Assembly (NCBI GenBank): GCA_037916975.1
Contig: JBAIWX010000007.1
Coordinates: forward strand, 41-64,040
DNA: 64,000 nt
Direction of reading: 5' to 3'
From: Gemmatimonadales bacterium
GTDB taxonomy: Bacteria; Gemmatimonadota; Gemmatimonadetes; Gemmatimonadales; GWC2-71-9
The notes below the pieces were generated by a model, which saw nothing but the letters and a program-made list of their open reading frames with translations, ran no database searches and was not told where the DNA came from. Each line of letters opens with the position of its first letter. Within the stretch, counting starts at the first letter, position 1. Of this stretch, positions 18,650-26,611 are shown piece by piece. The translations under genes and the position numbers were made by a program.

Positions 18650-19674
18650 GCCGCGGGCCCCGGCTCGTCGGCGCCGGCGCGGTCGTCGGGACGCTCGCCC
18701 TCGTAGCGCGTGGCGAGCGCCTCCGCCTCGAGGCCGCGCTCGCGCAGCCAGCGCACCAGGGTGCCGGTGAAGCCGTGCGTGACCCAGACGCGCGACGCCC
18801 CCGTCGCCGCGATGGCGGCGAGGAGGCCGGGCCAGTCGGCGTGGTCCGAGAGCACGAACCCGCGGTCGAGCCCGCGCCGGCGGCGCATGCCGCGTACCTG
18901 CATCCAGCCCGAGGCCATCGCGACGGAGGCCTCGCCGAAGCGGCGGGCCCACGGCGTGGCCTCCGCGCCCGGGGGGGCGAGCACGAGCGCGCGGCGCCAG
19001 CCGTCGTCGCGCCGGTCCATCGTGGCGGGGGCGGTCGCGGGGAGCGGCACGCCCGCGGCGCGGTAGAGCGCCGCCATCGTCTCCACCGCGCCGTGCGCGA
19101 GGATCGGCCCCGCGGCGGGGTCGAGCGCGGCGAGGAGCCGCTGGGCCTTGCCGAGCGCGTAGCCGAGGAGGAGGCTGGGCCGGCCCTCCGCCTGGTTCCC
19201 GCGCCACCAGGCGTGCAGCTCCGCGACGACCTCGTGCGCGCGGGGCCATCGGTACACCGGCAGTCCGAAGGTGGACTCGGTGACGAAGGTGTGGCACCGC
19301 ACCGGCTCCCACGGGTCGCAGGTCGGGTCGGGCTCGGTCTTGTAGTCGCCGGAGACGACCCACACCTCGCCCTGATGCTCCACGCGCACCTGTGCCGAGC
19401 CGAGGATGTGACCGGCGGGGTGCAGGGAGAGCTGCACCCCGTTGACCAGGCGACGCTCGCCCCAAAGGAGGGGCTCGACCGACGCGCCCGGCTCGAGCCG
19501 CTGGCGCGCGAGCGCGGCGCCGGGGACGCTGGTGAGGTAGTGGCGGCAGCCGCGGGCGAGGTGGTCGGCGTGCGCGTGGGTCACGACCGCGCGATCCACC
19601 GGACGCCACGGGTCCACGTGGAAGCCGCCGGCCTCGCAGTAGAGGCCGGCGTCGGTGAGGCGGAGGAGCGTCAC
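18646..19674 (-). CDS. Ligase-associated DNA damage response exonuclease (metallo-beta-lactamase/beta-CASP fold)
   Basis: GTG 19674 (VTLLRLTDAGLYCEAGGFHVDPW). THAHADH motif, ...ESTFG..., LSDHADW. 4-nt ATGA overlap with the ligase gene. Confidence 0.85.
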   Translation of the reverse strand: MTLLRLTDAGLYCEAGGFHVDPWRPVDRAVVTHAHADHLARGCRHYLTSVPGAALARQRLEPGASVEPLLWGERRLVNGVQLSLHPAGHILGSAQVRVEHQGEVWVVSGDYKTEPDPTCDPWEPVRCHTFVTESTFGLPVYRWPRAHEVVAELHAWWRGNQAEGRPSLLLGYALGKAQRLLAALDPAAGPILAHGAVETMAALYRAAGVPLPATAPATMDRRDDGWRRALVLAPPGAEATPWARRFGEASVAMASGWMQVRGMRRRRGLDRGFVLSDHADWPGLLAAIAATGASRVWVTHGFTGTLVRWLRERGLEAEALATRYEGERPDDRAGADEPGPAA

Positions 19675-19687
19675 GGCAGGCCGGGGA

Positions 19688-20278
19688 TCAGCTGACGGCC
19701 CGCGGCTCCGCGCCCGGGATCGGCGGGTGGTGCAGGGCGAGGAACCGCTCGATGCCGCGCCAGAGCTCGGCGATGTTCCGCCGGTTCTGGCCAAGGTCGC
19801 TCCGGCCGACGCGCGAGGCGCTCCGCACCTCGACCAGCGTCTGACCGTCCTGCTCGGTGAGGAGGATGTAGACGTCGTCCACGAACCGGAACAGGCGCGT
19901 GCGCCGAGTGGCCCAGAGGACGTCGTCGTTCCGGCCGGCGACGCGCCAGCGGGGCATGGCGCCGATCACGCCCTCGAGCGCGCGCGCCACGACCGCCCTC
20001 GGGGCCGGGAGGACGCGGGGGCGGAGCACGGGGTCTGCGGCGCCCGGCCGCGTCACGGCGACATTGCTGCCCGGGCCCTTCGCGAGGAGGGCCGTGACCT
20101 CGGCGGCGGTCGGGGCCCGGGTCACGGGTGGCGTGCCGCCGCAGGCGGCGAGCAGGAGCGCCAGGGCCGCGAGGCCGCGCCGCGGGTAGTGTCGCGCGCC
20201 CGGAGCATGTACCGTTCCACGCAGGGGCGGCACGCGCGGCCCCACCCCATCCACGACTCGCTCACGAGGCTGATCCAT
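19688..20278 (-). CDS. DUF1499-like lipoprotein
   Basis: Lipobox LALLLAAC-GG. RLFRFVDDVYILLTEQDGQTLVEVRSASRVGRSDLGQNRRNIAEL resembles DUF1499. Start is uncertain (ATG 20278, or GTG 20233 closer to the signal peptide). Confidence 0.55.
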   Translation of the reverse strand: MDQPRERVVDGVGPRVPPLRGTVHAPGARHYPRRGLAALALLLAACGGTPPVTRAPTAAEVTALLAKGPGSNVAVTRPGAADPVLRPRVLPAPRAVVARALEGVIGAMPRWRVAGRNDDVLWATRRTRLFRFVDDVYILLTEQDGQTLVEVRSASRVGRSDLGQNRRNIAELWRGIERFLALHHPPIPGAEPRAVS

Positions 20279-20705
20279 GCGTTCGGGCTCCATCGTACCG
20301 GCTCTCCTCGCCGCCGCGCTTGCCGTCGGCTGCGCCCCGTCCAAGCCACCGGCGCCGGCTCCCTCGGCGCGCGTGCGCATCCTCGCGCCGGCGAGGGGCG
20401 CCACGGTCCGCGTGCCGTTCGTGGTGCGGGTCTCGGCCATCGGCGTCGAGGTCGCGCCGTCCACCGGGTACCGCGAGCCGGGCAAGGGGCATCACCACCT
20501 CTTCTTCGACGCCGACCTGACGCCCGAGGACCAGGCGGTGTCGCGCACGGAGCAGATCGTCCACCTCGGCACCGGCGACTCGACCTACACGGTCACCTCG
20601 CTCGCCCCCGGGCGCCACCGGCTCATCCTCCGGCTCGCGGATGGGCTCCACTTCCCGATTCCCTACGTGGCGACGGACACGGTGACCTTCACGGTCGTCC
20701 AGTGA
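20277..20705 (+). CDS. DUF4399-like lipoprotein
   Basis: 142 aa. Lipobox LAVGC. GKGHHHLFFDADL motif characteristic of the DUF4399 family as I recall it. Confidence 0.55.
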   Translation: MRSGSIVPALLAAALAVGCAPSKPPAPAPSARVRILAPARGATVRVPFVVRVSAIGVEVAPSTGYREPGKGHHHLFFDADLTPEDQAVSRTEQIVHLGTGDSTYTVTSLAPGRHRLILRLADGLHFPIPYVATDTVTFTVVQ

Positions 20706-20760
20706 CCGCTGCGATCCCCTGCGGAACGTACCACGCCGGCGCGGCCGCGGTGAACGGGGC

Positions 20761-21651
20761 GTGAGCGCGGTACCCCTCGAGGAGGTTCGGGTGCCGGTCG
20801 GGGATGCCGAGCGCAGGGCCCTCGTCCGCCGGCCGTCGTCCGCGGGTCCCGAGCCGGCGCCGCTCGTCCTGATGTTTCACGGGGCGGGCAGCACGGCGCA
20901 GTTCGCCGCGGAGACGACGGGGTGGTGTGCGGCGGCAGGCCGGCACGGCTTCGTGGTCGCCTTCCCCGAGGGCACGCCGGCCGACCCGTCGCGGGCCCCG
21001 GAGTTCCGGACGAACCCACAGGCGTGGAACGACGGGTCGGGACGGGGGCATGCGGTGCGCGCCGCGGACGACGTGGCGTTCACGCGGGCGCTGCTCGACG
21101 AGCTCGGCCGGAGGATGCCCCTCGACCCCGGGCGCCGTTTCGTGACCGGCTTCTCGAACGGGGCGAGCCTGGCGTGGCGGCTGGGCGTCGAGCTCGCCGC
21201 GGACCTGGCGGCGATCGCGCCGGTGGCGGGGCACCTCTGGCTCGAGGCGCCGGCGCCGGCGCGCGTGCTGCCGGCGCTGGTGATCATGGGGGGCAGCGAC
21301 CCGCTCAACCCGGTCGCCGGCGGCCCGATCACGACGCCCTGGGGCCGGCGGACCACGGCCCCGCCGGCGCGGCGCTCGTTCGACCGGTGGCGGGCGCTCG
21401 CCGGCTGTCCCGGGGCGCCCGCGGTCGAGGAGCACGCACGCTGGCTCGTGGAGCGGTCCCCCGGCTGCGCGGGCGGGGTGCCCGTCGAGTTCCGCCTCGT
21501 GCACGACCTCGGGCATGCGTGGCCCGGCGGCCCGCGCGTGCTGCCCTCGTGGATCGGCGGGCCCGCGAGCGACGCGCTGGACGGCGCCGAGGCGATCTGG
21601 GGCTTCTTCGCCGCGCTCGGCGCCGCGACCATCGCAGGGTCCCCGCGATGA
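20761..21651 (+). CDS. Alpha/beta-hydrolase esterase, PHB-depolymerase (LpqC-like) family
   Basis: 296 aa, GTG start. LVLMFHGAG, GFSNGA nucleophile elbow, HDLGHAWPG. Confidence 0.7.
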   Translation: MSAVPLEEVRVPVGDAERRALVRRPSSAGPEPAPLVLMFHGAGSTAQFAAETTGWCAAAGRHGFVVAFPEGTPADPSRAPEFRTNPQAWNDGSGRGHAVRAADDVAFTRALLDELGRRMPLDPGRRFVTGFSNGASLAWRLGVELAADLAAIAPVAGHLWLEAPAPARVLPALVIMGGSDPLNPVAGGPITTPWGRRTTAPPARRSFDRWRALAGCPGAPAVEEHARWLVERSPGCAGGVPVEFRLVHDLGHAWPGGPRVLPSWIGGPASDALDGAEAIWGFFAALGAATIAGSPR

Positions 21652-22481
21652 CGATCCTAGCCTTCACCCTCCTCGTCGGCTGCGGTGCCTTCCTCGCCGG
21701 CCTCCTCGGCTCGCTCACGGGCCTGGGCGGCGGGATCGTGATCGTCCCGCTCCTCACGCTGGGCTTCGGCGTGGACCTGCGCTACGCGGTGGGCACGTCG
21801 CTCGTCTCGGTGATCGCGACGAGCTCGGGCGCCGCGGCGGCCTACGTGCGCGAGGGCTACTCCAACGTGCGCATCGGGATGCTGCTCGAGGTGGGGACGG
21901 TCACCGGCGCGCTCCTCGGCGCGTACGCCTCGGGGGTCCTCTCGCCCAACGTGATCGCGGTCGTCTTCGGGCTCGTGCTCCTGTTCACCGCGTTCCAGTC
22001 GCTGCAGCAGCGCACGGAGCGCCTCGCCGCCGCCTCGAGCCCGCTCGCGCGGCGGCTCCGGCTCCCGTCGTGGTACCCGACGCCAGCGGGGCACCGGCAC
22101 TACGAGGTGCGGAACGTCGGCCTCGGCGCGGCGCTCATGTTCGTCGCCGGCGCCCTCTCCGCCCTCCTCGGGATCGGCTCGGGCGTCGTGAAGGTGCTGG
22201 CCATGGACCGCGCGATGCACCTCCCGTTCAAGGTCTCGACGACGACGAGCAACTTCATGATCGGGGTCACCGCGGCGGCCAGCGCCGGCGTCTACCTGTC
22301 GCGCGGCTGGATCGACCCGGTGCTCGCGCTCCCCGTCGTGCTGGGGGTGCTCGCGGGCGCGCTGGTTGGGGCGCGCATCCTTTCCCGCGCGCCGGTCCGG
22401 CCGCTGCGGGTCCTCTTCACCAGCGTGGCGGTGGTCCTGGCCGCGGAGATGCTCTGGAAGGGCGTCCGGGGGGCCTTCTGA
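21648..22481 (+). CDS. TauE/SafE (DUF81) family anion exporter
   Basis: 277 aa from ATG 21648 (ATGA overlap with the esterase stop). LTGLGGGIVIVPLL and LLGIGSGVVKVLAM duplicated motifs, about 8 TM. Confidence 0.85.
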   Translation: MTILAFTLLVGCGAFLAGLLGSLTGLGGGIVIVPLLTLGFGVDLRYAVGTSLVSVIATSSGAAAAYVREGYSNVRIGMLLEVGTVTGALLGAYASGVLSPNVIAVVFGLVLLFTAFQSLQQRTERLAAASSPLARRLRLPSWYPTPAGHRHYEVRNVGLGAALMFVAGALSALLGIGSGVVKVLAMDRAMHLPFKVSTTTSNFMIGVTAAASAGVYLSRGWIDPVLALPVVLGVLAGALVGARILSRAPVRPLRVLFTSVAVVLAAEMLWKGVRGAF

Positions 22482-22873
22482 TGCACGCACCGGACGAGGA
22501 TCCGGACGACGTCCGCATGCACCACCTGCTCGGCAACCTGCTTCGCTGGGGGGTGCTGCTCTCGGCGGCCGTGACGCTCGCGGGCGGGGTGTTCCTGCTG
22601 GCGGCGAGGGGCGGGTCCCCCGTGGCCTACGGGGCATTCCGGGGCGAACCGGGGGCCCTCACCTCGGTGGCCGGGATCGTGCGCGGCGCGCTCGCCCTCC
22701 GCAGCGATGCCGTCGTGCAGCTGGGGGTGATCCTGCTCCTGGCGACGCCGATCGCGCGCGTCGTCTTCTCCCTCGTGGCGTTCCTCCGCCAGCGGGACCT
22801 GCCGTTCGTTCTGATGACGCTCTTCGTGCTCGCGGTCCTCGTCTTCAGCCTCGCCTTCGGCGGGCGGGCCTGA
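22481..22873 (+). CDS. DUF1634 membrane protein (usual TauE partner)
   Basis: 130 aa. TGATG 1-nt overlap with the TauE gene. LLRWGVLLSAAVTLAGGVFLL...LLLATPIARVVFSLVAF. Confidence 0.7.
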   Translation: MHAPDEDPDDVRMHHLLGNLLRWGVLLSAAVTLAGGVFLLAARGGSPVAYGAFRGEPGALTSVAGIVRGALALRSDAVVQLGVILLLATPIARVVFSLVAFLRQRDLPFVLMTLFVLAVLVFSLAFGGRA

Positions 22874-22882
22874 GGGCCGGCG

Positions 22883-23659
22883 CTAGAACACGAGCTGCAC
22901 GCCGCTGGTGAAGACGCGGTCGGTCTTCCGGAACCCCGGCTGCGGGACGTTGTCGAATCGCACCACGTAGGAGAGCTTCACCGCGAGGTGGCGCACCACC
23001 GGCGCCACGAGGGCGCTCTCGGTGTTGAGCCGCAAGTCGTCGGCTTCCTTGAGGTTCGGCAGCGCCTCCACGAACTGCTGCACGTAGGCCTTCTCCGCGA
23101 GCGCGAGCCGCCAGGTGAGCGCCGCGCGCCCGGTCACGAACGCGTCGAGCGAATCCGCGGTGGAGCGCTGCTGCACGGCGGCGAGGCCCGTCTCGACCAC
23201 CAGCCGCTGCCGGCTCTCCCGGCCCACGCGGGCCGCGAGGCCCGCGCCCTCCTCGAAGCGCCCGCTGATGCCCGCGAAGGGGTTCCGCTCGTAGTTGAAG
23301 CCCGCGAAGAAGCCGACGTTCCCGGTGGCGAACCAGTCGCCGCGCAGGGAGGCGCGCCAGAGGTTCGCGTTCGTCGTCCCGTCGTTCCGGCCGTAGATGT
23401 GCGCGAAGGCCTGCGCCACCTGCCAGCGCGCCTGGTTGAGCGTGACGCGTTCGCCGACGTTGAGCGTGGTGACCGAGGTGTTGCCGCCGGTGCTCACGAG
23501 GCCGAGGTCGAAGGCGAGCTCGGCGGGGTCCTTCGGGGGCTCGGGCGGGAGGCGCGGCTTCGCCACGACGGGGGAGGCGGCCGCCTCCTGCGCGCGGGCG
23601 CCGGGCGCGAGCGTGAGCAGGAGCGGCAGCAGCAGGGCCGCCGCGCGGCGCAGGGACAT
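22883..23659 (-). CDS. DUF481 outer-membrane beta-barrel protein (YdiY-like)
   Basis: 258 aa from ATG 23659 inside the 931-aa track ORF. Signal peptide ...APGARAQE. DLGLVSTGGNTSVTTLN...WF...FNYERN..., C-terminal ...SGVQLVF. Confidence 0.7.
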   Translation of the reverse strand: MSLRRAAALLLPLLLTLAPGARAQEAAASPVVAKPRLPPEPPKDPAELAFDLGLVSTGGNTSVTTLNVGERVTLNQARWQVAQAFAHIYGRNDGTTNANLWRASLRGDWFATGNVGFFAGFNYERNPFAGISGRFEEGAGLAARVGRESRQRLVVETGLAAVQQRSTADSLDAFVTGRAALTWRLALAEKAYVQQFVEALPNLKEADDLRLNTESALVAPVVRHLAVKLSYVVRFDNVPQPGFRKTDRVFTSGVQLVF

Positions 23660-23791
23660 CGGGGCTCCCGGGCTCCGGGTCGGACCGGGCGGGTGCCTCG
23701 GCCCGCGCGCCCGCTCGGGAACGCGCGGCGGGAACGATAGTGCTGCGAGCCGGGCGACTGTAGGGGTGGCACGGCTGCCCGCGCACGCCGG

Positions 23792-24478
23792 GTGTGTCTC
23801 CGCCGCCACGTCGGGCGTTACCTTGCAGCATCCCCCAAGCCAGGACCCGCCATCATCAGTCTCACGAGGTGCCGCCCGGTCCCCGGCGGGCGCGTGCTCG
23901 CGGTCCTTGCCGCCCTCGCGCTCGGCGCCTGCACGCCGCTCGGCGTCTGGCTGTACGAGGACCCGACCTTCGAGCTGTCCGGCGTGCGCGTCACGCCCGA
24001 CAGTGCGGGCCTGCTGCGCCTCGACCTCGCCTTCATGGCGTGCAACCGCAACGATTACGACCTGCAGGCCAGCGCCCTGGTCACCCGCCTCATGCTGGGC
24101 GGGCGCCAGGTGGGGGAGGGCAGCTCGGCGGAGCCGATCCTGCTCCGCATGCGGGACTCGGCGGTGGTGGAGCTGGCGCTCCACGTCCCGGCGGCCGAGC
24201 TCGCGGTGCCGGCGGACCTGCGCGAACGCGTGATCCCCTTCGAGCTGGCGGCGACGAGCACTGTCGGGACCCCGTCCGGGCGGCGGCCCCTGCGGTTCCT
24301 GCAGCGCGGCAAGGCGCGGTTGCCCCGCACCGGCAGCCCCGTCTGGCGTCCCGAGGAGCGGCGTGCCTGCCGCCCCGGCCTCTCGGTGCTGCCTCCGGCG
24401 ATGGGGCGCGGCCGGCCTTTCCCGCTCCAGCCGGACCCGATGCCGACGCCCGCCATGCCGCAGGGCGACCGACCCTGA
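23792..24478 (+). CDS. LEA_2/WHy-like lipoprotein
   Basis: Lipobox LALGAC. PTFELSGVRVT...LDLAFMACNRNDYDLQASALVTRLMLGGRQVGEG pattern of LEA14-like domains. Start is uncertain (GTG 23792 or GTG 23894). Confidence 0.45.
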   Translation: MCLRRHVGRYLAASPKPGPAIISLTRCRPVPGGRVLAVLAALALGACTPLGVWLYEDPTFELSGVRVTPDSAGLLRLDLAFMACNRNDYDLQASALVTRLMLGGRQVGEGSSAEPILLRMRDSAVVELALHVPAAELAVPADLRERVIPFELAATSTVGTPSGRRPLRFLQRGKARLPRTGSPVWRPEERRACRPGLSVLPPAMGRGRPFPLQPDPMPTPAMPQGDRP

Positions 24479-24586
24479 ACCGCTCCCCGTGCGGGTTCGG
24501 CGGTCGCTCGTCGTATGTCGCGGTAAGGCACCACGGGACGGCGGACCGACCGAAGCCCGTCGCGGTATCTTGCGCGAGTTTGCGGG

Positions 24587-25351
24587 GTGCGGAAGCCGAC
24601 GACGGAGGGGAGCGAGGTGCGACCACGGGCGGACAGGCCTGAAGCGCCGGGGCGAGGAGCGTGGCGCGAGGGTGCCCGCTGGCTCGCGGTCGGCGTCCTG
24701 CTGACGGCGTTCGCGGTGGGCGGCCGCGCCCTCGCCGCGTCCGTGCCGCGGCTCGTCGAGTGGGTCGGGGCGCAGGGTGCGGCGGGTGTCGCCGCGTTCG
24801 TGCTGGCCTACGCGGTGGGAACGGTGCTCCTCGTACCGGGCTCGCTCCTCACCCTCGCCGCCGGCGCCCTCTTCGGCCTCGCGAGGGGTACGCTGGTCGC
24901 GCTCGTCGCCGCGACGCTCGGTTCCACCGCGGCCTTCGTCGCGGGGCGGTTCGTCGTTCGCGAGCTCGTGGCGCGCCGGCTCGCGCGCGACCCGCGGCTC
25001 GCCGCGATCGCCGCCGCGGTGTCGCGGGACGGGCTCCGCATCACCCTGCTGCTCCGCCTCTCCCCGCTCGTCCCGTTCAACGTGCTCAATTACGCGCTCG
25101 CCCTCACGACGGTGCGGCTGCGCGACTTCCTGCTCGGGAGCGTCGGCATGCTGCCGGGCACCGCGCTCTACGTGTACGCCGGTACGCTGGCGGGGTCGGC
25201 GGCGGCCGCCGCCGGCGGCGCACCCCTGCCCCCGGCGGGGCGCGCGGCGCTGCTCGTGGCGGGATTCGTCGCGACCGTGCTCGCCACCCTGCTCGTGACG
25301 CGGGCTGCGCGGCGGGCGCTCGGGGAGGTTATGGGGCGCGCCGACGGCTGA
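24587..25351 (+). CDS. TVP38/TMEM64 (DedA-related) family membrane protein
   Basis: 254 aa. VLLVPGSLLTLAAGALFG...RLSPLVPFNVLNYALALT signature. Confidence 0.8.
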   Translation: MRKPTTEGSEVRPRADRPEAPGRGAWREGARWLAVGVLLTAFAVGGRALAASVPRLVEWVGAQGAAGVAAFVLAYAVGTVLLVPGSLLTLAAGALFGLARGTLVALVAATLGSTAAFVAGRFVVRELVARRLARDPRLAAIAAAVSRDGLRITLLLRLSPLVPFNVLNYALALTTVRLRDFLLGSVGMLPGTALYVYAGTLAGSAAAAAGGAPLPPAGRAALLVAGFVATVLATLLVTRAARRALGEVMGRADG

Positions 25352-25668
25352 TGCGCCCCGCCCCCTGACGCAGGCCCGTTCCGGGCCGCGCTCTTCCCGA
25401 ATCATGAAGGACCCCGGCATCCCGCCCGAAGTCTCGCGTGCCGAGTGCAACGAATCGTTCCACTCGCGCGATTGCATTACAGAAGCCCTACCGCGCGCCT
25501 CCCGTTTTTCAGCGTAAATCATTATCCGGCAATCCCTTGGTTTTGTTCTCCGCAGCGCTACGGATGGCCTGTCGGTTGCAACGATTTTCGACGCTGTTCG
25601 CGAGCTGCTTGCCGGAGACCCGACGACCCCCACCCGGACGCCCGGCGTCCGGGTCGCCAAGGATTGCG

Positions 25669-26604
25669 ATGTCCGCACCGACCGCCACGCTCGACCGCTC
25701 CGCCGAGGCCTCCCCCGCGCGCCGCCCCGCCGTCCGGAAGGGCCGCGGGGGGACGGTCGCCATCGTCGTCATCCTCGCGGCCCTCACCGCGGCATCGCTT
25801 GCGGGGCTCTCCTACTACCGCCTGCCGGCCGCGGCGCGCGTGCGCGACCCGCTCCACGCCTGGCTCAAGCCGTCCGGCCTGATCGGCCAGAGCGCGGGGA
25901 TCCTCGGCTTCCTCGTCTTCCTGTTCCTCTGGCTCTACCCGTTCCGCAAGAAGTACAAGTGGCTCGCGTGGACCGGTTCGGTGGGGAAGTGGCTCGACGT
26001 GCACGTCGTGACGGCGCTCGGGCTCCCGCTCCTCGTGGCGATCCACGCGGCGTGGAAGTTCGAGGGGCTGATCGGGCTCGGGTACGCCTCGATGCTGGTG
26101 GTGTGCGCGAGCGGCATCGTGGGCCGCTACCTGTATGCGCGGATCCCGCGCAGCCGGAGCGGTGTCGAGCTCACCCGCGACGAGGTGGCGGCGGAGCGCC
26201 GGGCGCTCGTGACCGAGATCGCCGCGGCGACGGGCCAGACGCCGGACCAGGTGAGCCGCACGCTGGACGAGGCGGCGGGGACGGCGGAGCAGGGCCTCGG
26301 CCGCGCCTTCGCGCGGATGCTCCTCAACGACCTGATCCGCTGGCGCACCACCCGCCGGCTCCTCCGCGAGTGGGGGCAGGCGGGCCCCGGGGGGACGCCG
26401 CTCCCGCCGGCGAAGATCCGCCAGCTCGCCGAACTGGTGAACAGCGAGATCGCGCTGGCGCAGCAGGCGCGCCTCCTCGAGGCGACGCAGGCGGCGTTCC
26501 GGCTCTGGCACGTCGCGCACCGGCCGTTCGCGGTCACCGCGCTCGTCGCCGTCACCGTCCACGTGATCGTGGTGATCGCGATGGGCGCGACCTGGTTCTG
26601 GTAG
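25669..26604 (+). CDS. 5-TM membrane protein with intramembrane His residues (possible b-heme/electron-entry subunit)
   Basis: 311 aa from ATG 25669; the upstream part of the track ORF crosses a low-GC leader. TM segments contain [32 protein letters not shown]. Long cytoplasmic helical insert. First gene of the cytochrome operon. Confidence 0.6.
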   Translation: MSAPTATLDRSAEASPARRPAVRKGRGGTVAIVVILAALTAASLAGLSYYRLPAAARVRDPLHAWLKPSGLIGQSAGILGFLVFLFLWLYPFRKKYKWLAWTGSVGKWLDVHVVTALGLPLLVAIHAAWKFEGLIGLGYASMLVVCASGIVGRYLYARIPRSRSGVELTRDEVAAERRALVTEIAAATGQTPDQVSRTLDEAAGTAEQGLGRAFARMLLNDLIRWRTTRRLLREWGQAGPGGTPLPPAKIRQLAELVNSEIALAQQARLLEATQAAFRLWHVAHRPFAVTALVAVTVHVIVVIAMGATWFW

Positions 26605-26611
26605 CCGCGCC

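Noticed and set aside
24517-24567. Direct repeat GTCGCGGTA (24517-24525 and 24559-24567) upstream of the TVP38 gene
   Set aside because: A single 9-mer pair in GC-rich DNA could be chance. There is no supporting palindrome or promoter context beyond TCGCG-N8-CGCGA.
25438-25668. N-terminal 77-aa extension of the first cytochrome-operon gene (track start 25438), and ORF 25445..25882
   Set aside because: The extension runs through the AT-richer leader with atypical codon and amino-acid usage (e.g. NRSTRAIALQKPYRAPPVFQRKSLSGNPLVLF). ATG 25669 directly precedes the first TM region.
22883-25678. 931-aa minus-strand ORF
   Set aside because: Only the C-terminal 258 aa (DUF481 barrel with its own signal peptide) look real. 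The remainder is antisense to the LEA_2-like and TVP38 genes and crosses the low-GC leader.
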